DNA of 64,000 bases. Source: Candidatus Syntrophopropionicum ammoniitolerans. Lineage in GTDB: Bacteria; Bacillota; Desulfotomaculia; Desulfotomaculales; Pelotomaculaceae. Every line of letters starts with the position of its first letter. Within the stretch, counting starts at the first letter, position 1. The stretch spans positions 24,381 to 88,380 of the forward strand of contig JABMJD010000005.1 in the NCBI GenBank assembly GCA_013201395.1. The letters are read 5' to 3'. Position numbers and translations under genes: made by a program. The notes under the pieces were generated by a model. It ran no database searches. It saw only the letters and a list, made by a program, of their open reading frames with translations, and was not told the origin of the DNA. Shown here piece by piece: positions 20,528 through 29,388 of the stretch.

Positions 20528-21508
20528 CTAATTGATTTCAAAAAATATCCGCCCATCAATCTCAATTTTTTTGACAACCCCAGTATGCTGTAGGTATTCA
20601 AGATGGGTAGCAGCCTCGCCAACAGCAAACACCTTTTGAGCAAGGGGGAACAAATCCCAGGATGATGGGGTGATATCCCAGGTCATCTTGCCGGCAACAT
20701 TGTAAGCATTCATCCGCCCATTCCCCAAAATTACTAGAACCTCCTCGAGCCTGGCTTGATGGTGCTCCTTTAGCTCACCAATTCTTTTGCTGATATCACG
20801 AATAAGGCTCTGGTGACCAGTGAGGACAAGCTCTATTTCTAAACGATTAATCTTATCAAGACTTTGCAGATAATGGCCCAGCGGGTTTTCAATATTCTTC
20901 TCAAAGGTTATATTTGGGGTGATATCATCAAGAATATGATCTCCCGAAATCAAAACCTTGCTATCGGGCTCATAAAGACATATATGTCCAGGTGTATGGC
21001 CAGGGGTTTCTATAATGGTAAACCTATAGTCACCAACCTCAACAACATCGTCCTCAGCCAGGATGGTGAAGATCTGTTCCTTACGTGCGCTAAACCTTCT
21101 ACCAGGGTGATTATGCATAGCAGTATGCAGATCTTCTATCGGAAAACCGTGCATACCGAACACTGCTCCAATTTCCTGCCAATAGTTAGTCGCACCCGCC
21201 ATAGCATTTACTATTTCAGAATCGATTCTTCCACAATATATTTTTGACTTTTCAGTGGCTACTTCCCCAGCAAGGCCACTGTGATCTGCATGTAGATGCG
21301 TAAGCAGAATATCGGTTTTTTCAAAAGCCACATCGAGGGCAGCAAGGCCATCAAACAGCGCCTTCCTGCTCTCCTCCCGGTTCCATCCGGTGTCAATCAA
21401 TAAATTTCGTTCCCGACCTTTAATCAGGTAGGAATTTGTAGCCCCAAGGGGGCTCCTGGGGAGAATAACTTCAATCTTGTAAATACCCGGCAGGATTTCT
21501 TGAACCAG
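20528..21508 (-). CDS. Metallo-beta-lactamase-fold hydrolase, probable CTG start
   Basis: THLHADHSGL, TPGHTPGH and SGDHIL. The frame stays open 108 nt upstream of the track start and reads (M)VQEILPGIYKIEVILPRSPLGATNSYLIKG. Confidence 0.88.
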   Translation of the reverse strand: MVQEILPGIYKIEVILPRSPLGATNSYLIKGRERNLLIDTGWNREESRKALFDGLAALDVAFEKTDILLTHLHADHSGLAGEVATEKSKIYCGRIDSEIVNAMAGATNYWQEIGAVFGMHGFPIEDLHTAMHNHPGRRFSARKEQIFTILAEDDVVEVGDYRFTIIETPGHTPGHICLYEPDSKVLISGDHILDDITPNITFEKNIENPLGHYLQSLDKINRLEIELVLTGHQSLIRDISKRIGELKEHHQARLEEVLVILGNGRMNAYNVAGKMTWDITPSSWDLFPLAQKVFAVGEAATHLEYLQHTGVVKKIEIDGRIFFEIN

Positions 21509-21612
21509 CTTTAGCGCCCCCCTAATTGGATTTTATCTAAAAATACCGCCACAAAAACCTGGATCCGGCAACTATGCCTTTCCCCACAATGCTGTTGTCA
21601 ATGTTGATTATT

Positions 21613-21678
21613 ATCTTACAACCCAAAAAAAACAAAGTGAAATATTTATTGACGATTACACTAATTAGCTGGGATTAT
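21613..21678 (-). promoter_or_regulatory. Island promoter/operator element, copy 5 (upstream of the MBL hydrolase)
   Basis: Minus strand: ATAATCCCAGCTAATTAGTGTAATCGTCAATAAATAT-TTCACT-17 nt-TAAGAT. Confidence 0.7.
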
Positions 21679-21849
21679 CAATGGAGGGGTTGAACAGCAC
21701 GGGTGCATTCACCATCGGCAATTCGTTGATAGTTACGATTATAACAACAGGAATCATTCCCCACTAAAATGGAAATGCCCCGGTTTTCATTTTTTACATA
21801 TGAAACCCGCGGCAAAATGCTTTCGTATTTACCTAGATCCCAACATCTG

Positions 21850-22590
21850 CTAACCTAAAAACCTGATCAGCTCCCTAATTTCCTTTTTTATATTTAACTT
21901 CTCTTCGGGTGATATATATATTAATAGGTTGCTGTTTGCTGTATTTTTGCGTATTTCCCTTAACCTGTTAAGCAAGTGATTATATTCTCTTTGCTTGGAT
22001 GTAGGGTCTATCCTTGTTCCCCTTGATATGGCGTCCCTTAAGGCGCTTACCGACATACGTTCTTGAAAGGCCCTTTCAGCCCATTGCTGCTGTTTTTCAG
22101 GATCCATTATCTGTAATAACAATTTTCCATGCCCTTGTTTTATATCACCCCTACTTAGCATTTCCTGGACCTCAGACGGCAATTCGAGCAACCTGAGGGT
22201 ATTGGCAATACTTGGCTGGGGCTTACCTATCTTAGTAGCCAATTCTTCCATGGTCAGACCTTGTTCTGTAAGAATTTTTTTGTATGCCATAGCTTCTTCT
22301 ATGGGATTGAGATTTTCCCTCTGCAGGTTTTCGATCAATTGCAACATTAACTTGGACTCGCTTTCATCAACAATAATAGCGCGAATCACTTTTACCCCAG
22401 CCAGCCTGGCCGCCTCAAATCGCCTATGACCGACTAGCAAGGTAAAGGTTGCATCAATGTTTTTCTTTACAATTACGGGCTGTAACATGCCCACATTGCT
22501 AATTGATCGGGCAAGACACTTTATCCCTTGTTTACTATAACCCTTCCTAACATTTTCACCAGCAATAATTTTTCCTATAGGAATGTCCAT
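21850..22590 (-). CDS. ParB/Spo0J-family CTPase with HTH (orphan)
   Basis: GMLQPVIV, LVGHRRFEAA, IENLQRENLNPIEEA and an HTH (EELATKIGKPQPSIANTLRLL). The start could also be at 22596 or 22668. Confidence 0.88.
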   Translation of the reverse strand: MDIPIGKIIAGENVRKGYSKQGIKCLARSISNVGMLQPVIVKKNIDATFTLLVGHRRFEAARLAGVKVIRAIIVDESESKLMLQLIENLQRENLNPIEEAMAYKKILTEQGLTMEELATKIGKPQPSIANTLRLLELPSEVQEMLSRGDIKQGHGKLLLQIMDPEKQQQWAERAFQERMSVSALRDAISRGTRIDPTSKQREYNHLLNRLREIRKNTANSNLLIYISPEEKLNIKKEIRELIRFLG

Positions 22591-23006
22591 ATACAAAATT
22601 ACATCCCCCCTGATTACAATGTATAAATATACCCCTCCTCTATAGAATTTGTTTTTATACTTCAACAAATACCAGCTATTTTCCTGTTAAGCCCGTAAAA
22701 AAGACACAAAAAAAACAACACGGACTGTTTAACCCAATTAATAGAACATAGGTTTGGAATCGAAGTCAATGACCAGGATATCCTGTTTTGTTTAACATAA
22801 GGGTCACCGCTCATTTTTGCTTGGTGCTATGGAAAGGAATTTCAATATTCATTAACCTTCCCTAATATTTACTTGGGCCAGGGTTATTTAGCAATTATTA
22901 ATGCTGTATGGTATATTAATACAGGATTGGATGAAGGATCTTAACAAGGGATGTCAAATAAATAGCGAGGGAATTTTCTAATTTTTTAACATTGGAGGGA
23001 AATTGT

Positions 23007-24470
23007 TTGTTAGTACACGAGTTAACCCTTACGGGGGTGGGGGAAAAGATCGCCATCTACGAAAAAGATACTGTATATAGTTATGCCCAAATGAGAGAAA
23101 TGGTCTCCCGGTACCGTAACTACCTATATACCCTGGGGATACGGTGTCATGATCATATAGCCCTTAATGCCAAAAACTCAGCTGCATTTGTTTTTAGTTA
23201 TATGGCTATTGCCAGCCTGGGTGGGGTAGTTGTTCCCCTAAACACAATGTTTACACCCCGGGAAACAGCTTTTATCCTCAAAGATGCACATGTAAGGTAC
23301 ATAATAACAGATCATGAAGTGGACCTTTCCGGGCAGTTTGCGGACACCCCGTTGCCCAGTCAGGTTTTAATAGCCGACCTAGAAAAAGAAATCAACACAA
23401 ACGACTACCCAAAGCCACCGGCTATTAATATCAAAGATGCAGATCCCTGTGTAATCCTGTATACCTCCGGCACAACCGGAAAGCCTAAAGGGGCATTGCT
23501 TTCCCACAAAAACCTGACCAGTAATGCGGCCGGTTTTTCACAGGCAACAGAGTCTAGATCTGACGACAACACCCTCTGCGTGCTCCCAATGTTCCACAGC
23601 TTTGGCTGGACCTGCTGTGTTGGAACTGCATTTCATAACGGGGCTACAATTACTATAGTTGACACCTTTTCGCCCCGGGATGTTATCGCTACCATCCGCA
23701 ACAAAGGTGTTACTGTTGTAATGGGTGTTCCGGCAATGTACAACTTCTATACATCACTGGCTAAACCGGAGGACCTTGTTGGGGTACGCCTTTTTGCCAG
23801 TGGAGGCGCCTCATTACCCCTGGAGATTCTGGAAAAATTTTATGAGAAAACAAAAAAACATATAGTAGAAGGATACGGCCTTTCTGAAGCCTCCCCGGCT
23901 GTATGTTTCAACCCGCCGGGCCACACAAAACCGGGCTCTATCGGTCCGCCTCTGCAGGATGTTCAGATAAGGATAGTTGATAGTCATGGTGGGGAATGCA
24001 CCTGTGGGGAAATCGGCGAACTTTTGGTACGGGGGCCAAACGTAATGACTGGTTATTATAATTTGCCATCGGAAACAGCGACAGCAATTGTGAATGGTTG
24101 GTTACACACTGATGATTTGGCCTATAGAGATGAGGACGGCTATGTTTTTATCGTTGACCGCAAAAAAGATATGATCATTGTTAGCGGACTTAATGTTTAT
24201 CCAAGAGAGATAGAAGAAATCCTATATCAATATCCGGCCATACAGGAAGCAGCCGCAATTGGTGTTCCTGATCGTAGCCGGGGAGAGTCAATAAGGGCCT
24301 ATGTAGCACTTCATGATGGCATGATCCTGGACAAAAAGGATCTGATGGCATTTCTCAAAAAGAATCTAGCCCCCTTTAAAATCCCCCGGGAAATAGTGGA
24401 AATAGAGGCCCTGCCGAAAAATTCTACGGGGAAGATACTGAAGAAAGAGTTACGCAACATGGCATCCTAG
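23007..24470 (+). CDS. Long-chain fatty acid-CoA ligase / AMP-binding protein
   Basis: YTSGTTGKPKG, EGYGLSE, GWLHTDDL, DRKKDMIIVSGLNVYPREIE and STGKILK. Confidence 0.93.
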   Translation: MLVHELTLTGVGEKIAIYEKDTVYSYAQMREMVSRYRNYLYTLGIRCHDHIALNAKNSAAFVFSYMAIASLGGVVVPLNTMFTPRETAFILKDAHVRYIITDHEVDLSGQFADTPLPSQVLIADLEKEINTNDYPKPPAINIKDADPCVILYTSGTTGKPKGALLSHKNLTSNAAGFSQATESRSDDNTLCVLPMFHSFGWTCCVGTAFHNGATITIVDTFSPRDVIATIRNKGVTVVMGVPAMYNFYTSLAKPEDLVGVRLFASGGASLPLEILEKFYEKTKKHIVEGYGLSEASPAVCFNPPGHTKPGSIGPPLQDVQIRIVDSHGGECTCGEIGELLVRGPNVMTGYYNLPSETATAIVNGWLHTDDLAYRDEDGYVFIVDRKKDMIIVSGLNVYPREIEEILYQYPAIQEAAAIGVPDRSRGESIRAYVALHDGMILDKKDLMAFLKKNLAPFKIPREIVEIEALPKNSTGKILKKELRNMAS

Positions 24471-24689
24471 ATATATTAGAGAAGCTTGTTATCTTTATAA
24501 ACAAAAGCCCGCCTTTAAAAGACGGGAAAGAGGTGTAGGGGGTTAATTATACCTGATTTCAATTTATTATAACCTGGGCTTATTATGAAATTCTTATTAA
24601 AATGTTAAGGTATTATTAAATGTGGCGCCTGTGGGATTGGGATAATTCTTACTATGGGTTCCAATCAAAGGTGTTTTTACCCCGGCAAC

Positions 24690-25502
24690 TCACAGGGTAA
24701 ATTCAGCTGTAATAAAGGTATGATCAGATGGTTTTGTCCCACCCCTTGGTTTAGTATCTATCCAGGCACTTTGTGATCTGGCGGCCATTGGGCTTGTCGC
24801 CCAGATGTGATCCACCCGCCAGCCAATGTTTCTTTCAAAGAGTTTCGGCCCCCGGTAGTCCCAAAAGGTATAATGGCCCCCTTCCTTTACATGAAGCCGA
24901 AACACATCAACAAAACCCCATTCCTTAACATGCTGAAGAGCCTCATGCTCTTCCGGATGAAACCCCACCCGACCATATAATCTTTTTGGGTTATGAACAT
25001 CTATTGGTTCCGGCGCCACATTGAAATCCCCCATCCAAATTACACAATCATCAGGTGTAAAGCGGCCGGAGAAATAGTCCCTCATGGCCCTAATCCATCT
25101 TAGCTTATAGATAAATTTATCACTAGCCGGTTTATAGCCCTGGGGTATATATGTATTTACCACAGGGATTCCCTTTATCGTGGCTTCGATTAGACGGGCC
25201 TCATTGGGCTCCGCCCAATCACCAATTCCAGTGTGCACCTTTTCTATTTTGTGTGGACTAATAATAGCAACGCCATTATATGATTTACGCCCGCTAAATA
25301 CGGCATTGTAACCTCTACCAGTAAAATCTTCCAATGGGAAATCCTTATTCTCCACCTTTGTTTCCTGCAGACACAACACATCAACCTGCTGTTTGTCCAG
25401 CCATTCCAGCACCAGCGGCAAACGGACCCGTACTGAATTTATATTAAAGCTCGCAACCCTAAACACGCTTTCACCAACCTCCAGTAGACTCCCGGTTTCC
25501 AT
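24690..25502 (-). CDS. xth: Exodeoxyribonuclease III
   Basis: ASFNINSVR, LCLQETK, SYNGVAI, GDFNVAP, GWRVDH and SDH. An alternative GTG start lies at 25466. Confidence 0.95.
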   Translation of the reverse strand: METGSLLEVGESVFRVASFNINSVRVRLPLVLEWLDKQQVDVLCLQETKVENKDFPLEDFTGRGYNAVFSGRKSYNGVAIISPHKIEKVHTGIGDWAEPNEARLIEATIKGIPVVNTYIPQGYKPASDKFIYKLRWIRAMRDYFSGRFTPDDCVIWMGDFNVAPEPIDVHNPKRLYGRVGFHPEEHEALQHVKEWGFVDVFRLHVKEGGHYTFWDYRGPKLFERNIGWRVDHIWATSPMAARSQSAWIDTKPRGGTKPSDHTFITAEFTL

Positions 25503-25573
25503 ATTTCCTCATTCATGTCTACTATGATTATTGTCATTACTTACTATTATTCATACACCCAAAAACTATCTTG

Positions 25574-27025
25574 CTACCCCTCCAACACCATAATGTTATC
25601 CACAATTGGATCAATAGTTCCTTGAATTGTGCATCTCTCTGCCTTGAGCATCTTCACATAGTCAATAATATCCGCTGTTATAATTTCCCCCATACTGACC
25701 AGGGGAATTCCAGGGGGGTACACCATGACCATTTCCCCGGCAATTTTCCCCGGGCACTGCTCAAGGGGTACAGATCTTTTTTTACTGAAAAACGCCTCTC
25801 TAGGTGACATTACTACTTCAGGACTAAAATGGGCCGGCTTTATTTTATTTATTTTCTTTCCCTTGCACTGAGTTGCAATGTCCTTTAAAGCAGCCACGAA
25901 AGATTGTAAAAATTCTTCCTTTTCCCCCAAACTGATAATGGCCAGGATGTTGTACATGTCAGCCAATTCGATTAATATATTATAGTCTTTAGCCAGTATT
26001 TCTTCTACCTCATACCCCGTGAGACCGAGCTTTTGTACACTTACCAGCAGTTTTGTTTCATCAAAGCTAAATTTGCCGTCCCTTTCAAAATAATTTTTAT
26101 CGGGAGCGAAAAGCCCCTCAATCCTGTTTATTTCTTTCCTGGCCTTGCTAACTAGTTCTAAAATATGATCCAGCAATTGCCTGCCATTAGTAGCCAACTG
26201 TTTTCTGGCCACATCGAGGGAACATAGTAAGACATAGGATGGACTAGATGTATAGGTCAGGTTAAGCACCTGTTTAATATAATTTGGGTTAATTTTGCTA
26301 CTGCCGACAAGAAGTGCAGAGCTCTGGGTCATGGAACCGCCGGTTTTATGCAAACTGGCGGCGCTCATATCTGCCCCTGCCTTCATAGCCGAAATTGGCA
26401 GATGGGGATGAAAACACATGTGGCTGCCATGGGCCTCATCTACCAGTACAGGCATGCCGCTATTATGTGCGGTTTTAACAATGCCTTCCAGCTTTGGAGC
26501 AATCCCATAATAGGATGGGTTGATAGCCATCACTGCTTTAGCATCCCGGCTCCTGCTGATGGTTTCCTGCAGACCCTCAGGCGTGATACTGGTGACAATG
26601 CCCAGGTAGTTATCAATTTCCGGCTGGACATATATTGGGTTAGCCCCGCTTAGAATAAGCCCGTTAAAAATTGACTTATGAGCATTTCTTGGCAAAATAA
26701 TTCTCTCACCTTGTGTGCAGGAGCTCATAATCATGGCCTGCACCCCTGCTGTTGTTCCATTAATTAAAAAATAAGCATGGTTGGCTCCCAGTGCGGCGGA
26801 CAATAGTTTTTCCGCCTTTGCCATGACCGTAATGGGATCCCAAATCACATCAATACCCCGGGTCTCATTCAAATCCATTTTGAGGACATTTTCGCCAACG
26901 AATTCCTTGTATTCTTTCAGGCCATATCCGTGTTTATGGCCTGGTATCTGCAACGGGATAGCATTTCGTTGCACATGATATTTTACGGCATCAAACAAGG
27001 GTGTTTTATTCTGATCTAAAATCAT
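25574..27025 (-). CDS. Orn/Lys/Arg decarboxylase (PLP fold type I)
   Basis: QIPGHKHG, INGTTAG, RNAHKS, VDEAHG, SLHKTGG and YPPGIP. Confidence 0.92.
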   Translation of the reverse strand: MILDQNKTPLFDAVKYHVQRNAIPLQIPGHKHGYGLKEYKEFVGENVLKMDLNETRGIDVIWDPITVMAKAEKLLSAALGANHAYFLINGTTAGVQAMIMSSCTQGERIILPRNAHKSIFNGLILSGANPIYVQPEIDNYLGIVTSITPEGLQETISRSRDAKAVMAINPSYYGIAPKLEGIVKTAHNSGMPVLVDEAHGSHMCFHPHLPISAMKAGADMSAASLHKTGGSMTQSSALLVGSSKINPNYIKQVLNLTYTSSPSYVLLCSLDVARKQLATNGRQLLDHILELVSKARKEINRIEGLFAPDKNYFERDGKFSFDETKLLVSVQKLGLTGYEVEEILAKDYNILIELADMYNILAIISLGEKEEFLQSFVAALKDIATQCKGKKINKIKPAHFSPEVVMSPREAFFSKKRSVPLEQCPGKIAGEMVMVYPPGIPLVSMGEIITADIIDYVKMLKAERCTIQGTIDPIVDNIMVLEG

Positions 27026-27712
27026 TTATTTAGATTGTTCTCCTAACCATGCTGCCCTACAGCATTTATTTTTCTGCATGTTTTCTGATGACACCAACAC
27101 CACAATTGGTGTTTGTTGATCATCATTGCCGTGTGGGTTATCTTTTAAATAGTCAGCCACCTCATCCGCGTCAACCCCATCGGTCGCGGCCAGGATATCT
27201 ACCTTCCCAATATCGTTAATATCTGTAATAATCGCCTCAACTCCGGTTACCTTTTTAATCCGATCCACAATCTCCTGGGTATTCCTGGGCCCCAGTACAA
27301 TATGCCGATCAAAAGGCCACATTGTCCCGGCAAAATCATCTATTAGCGCCAATTCTCTTCCGGCCACCCGGTAAAAATCTCCCCGCCGGCCAACTAGACG
27401 ACCCAGGCCTGCAGCTGCTACACCTAGCAGAAAGCGTGCCTTGCCAACCTCCTCCATTGCTACCTGGATAGAAGGAGGTGCCGCAAGACTCCCCTCCTTG
27501 CCGGGAAAATGGCAAAGAATTTTAGCCAGTATACCTGGTTTAACGTCATCCGGTAAAATTGCCCGACCCTGGCTGATAGCGACAACACTCTCAGCAATGG
27601 CCACAATATCCCCCGGCAATGCGACCTTGCCTGTGTATTTTTCCACCACATTGACTATATCGTCCTTATCCGTGATGATGTGGGTCCTGATGGATATTCT
27701 TCCTGCAATCAT
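27026..27712 (-). CDS. Coenzyme F420-0:L-glutamate ligase (CofE)-like amide ligase
   Basis: IRTHII, GDIVAIAESVVAISQGR, LIDDFAGT, DINDIG and DNPHGNDDQQTPIV. Confidence 0.75.
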   Translation of the reverse strand: MIAGRISIRTHIITDKDDIVNVVEKYTGKVALPGDIVAIAESVVAISQGRAILPDDVKPGILAKILCHFPGKEGSLAAPPSIQVAMEEVGKARFLLGVAAAGLGRLVGRRGDFYRVAGRELALIDDFAGTMWPFDRHIVLGPRNTQEIVDRIKKVTGVEAIITDINDIGKVDILAATDGVDADEVADYLKDNPHGNDDQQTPIVVLVSSENMQKNKCCRAAWLGEQSK

Positions 27713-28638
27713 TTTGTATCACCTTTTGCACCCGGCCCGCCACAGGCGAAATATTTTATCAAGCCGTTTGTAATGCCTTCCGCTGCCCTCTCCTGGATAG
27801 TTAAACCACGCAGAAATACTTCCTCCACGATATTAGTGATTGTAACAACCTCCACTTCAACGGCAGGTATTTCCTTGCTCACACAGCCCAGGCCTTGTTG
27901 GATTGTGATCCCCCTATCCTTGACCCGTAATTTTTTAATGATTTCCTTTTGAATATACACAGCAAGTTCTCTGCTGCCATTATCATGGGGTGAATAGAGG
28001 GTTGCGGCCCCAACATCGCTTCTGTCTGCGCTGGCATTTGTATGTATACTAATAAAGGCATCGGCATTGGCATTAGTGGCCAGGGCCGCCCTTCCATCTA
28101 ATGGGACATCTTTATCGGTCCTCCTGGTTAACAGCACCTCCGCCCCAGCCTTTTTCAAATTCCTTTCCAGGTTATTAGCAATAGGTATAACAACATCTTT
28201 CTCCAGCAAGCTCACCTGCCCCCTGCCACCGAGGTTTTTGCCCCCATGGCCGGGATCAACCACAATTCTTTTTCCGGACAGCAACCCCTTAATAAAATCA
28301 CGATTCAGGTTTAACACTAGCCGGCAAGGAAAATCATTATAGAGAACATACGCACACTCTGCCGGGTGATCAAGGAATAATTCTACCCTGGCTGTATCAT
28401 TTCCCGCTCGCTCTATAGAAATGTCCCGCAGCAGGCCATCATTAACCTCCAGTCTGCCTTCGGGCATGTTGATCTCTACACCAGAGCATTCCAGGGAAAA
28501 ACCGCCACTCACCTCTTTCAGCGTGAATTTATAGGGCCCTGTAGATTCAACAGTGACCCTTGTCAGCCATTTTTCATTCTCCCCACCAACTACCTTTGAC
28601 CAAAGATTAGTTATCCTTGGTTTGTTCTGCAAATACAA
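27709..28638 (-). CDS. N-acetylmuramoyl-L-alanine amidase (Amidase_3) with an N-terminal AMIN-like domain
   Basis: IVVDPGHGG, LEKD, FISIHTN and PAVEVEV, which retain the Zn ligands and the catalytic Glu. Confidence 0.88.
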   Translation of the reverse strand: MYLQNKPRITNLWSKVVGGENEKWLTRVTVESTGPYKFTLKEVSGGFSLECSGVEINMPEGRLEVNDGLLRDISIERAGNDTARVELFLDHPAECAYVLYNDFPCRLVLNLNRDFIKGLLSGKRIVVDPGHGGKNLGGRGQVSLLEKDVVIPIANNLERNLKKAGAEVLLTRRTDKDVPLDGRAALATNANADAFISIHTNASADRSDVGAATLYSPHDNGSRELAVYIQKEIIKKLRVKDRGITIQQGLGCVSKEIPAVEVEVVTITNIVEEVFLRGLTIQERAAEGITNGLIKYFACGGPGAKGDTK

Positions 28639-29112
28639 AAAGGCACCCCCCTCCGCACAAGTACATTTAATTCAGCAACATCGCCTTATAAAATTCTTTA
28701 GGTTAAACAATTTTCCCTCTTTTAAATTCATTTTCGGGAAAAATTTGATAGTGTTTACAGAAGAATATCAAGGTATGCAATGCGGTAGGAACATAACTGT
28801 GTGGAGGGGAGGTGGACAACCTTTGCACCTCAAAACACTTGCTTTGGAAAAAGGGCTTGTAATAAGTGCATGGTATTTTATAATATCTAGGAACCCAGGC
28901 AGAATTCATTCTCTAATTACCGGAGGTTTTACACATTCGACATTCGGTTTGGATTACATTATTGCCAACACCTACATTAAAAACCAACTATTACCTACCC
29001 AATCCAGGGGAAAAATACCTTAGAATGGGGGCAGTGCTAGAACTATAGCTTAAAACCCAACACAAGTGTTATACTTCTATTGGAGTTTAGCCGGTAGATC
29101 TATTAGGGGGGG

Positions 29113-29388
29113 TTGTTTTTGCTTATTGTACAGGTTTGCGTTGGGAGTTCCTGTTTTCTACGTGGTTCAAAAAAAATTATTGTGGAAACAGAAAGGTTGA
29201 TAGCAGAACTTCAACTAGAAGACAAGGTCCTACTAAAGGGTTGTTTTTGCCACGATAAATGTACCGGCGGGGTAACTGTCATGATCGGAGAAAAACTTTT
29301 TACCGGGGTTACTCTAAAAGACATCAAGGAACTATTTGAGCAAGAAATTTTACCGGCTATTAAGGAGGATACGAATGCCTTTAATTAA
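29113..29388 (+). CDS. Thioredoxin-like [2Fe-2S] ferredoxin (HfsA-like)
   Basis: VCVGSSCFLRGS...GCFCHDKC. Confidence 0.85.
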   Translation: MFLLIVQVCVGSSCFLRGSKKIIVETERLIAELQLEDKVLLKGCFCHDKCTGGVTVMIGEKLFTGVTLKDIKELFEQEILPAIKEDTNAFN

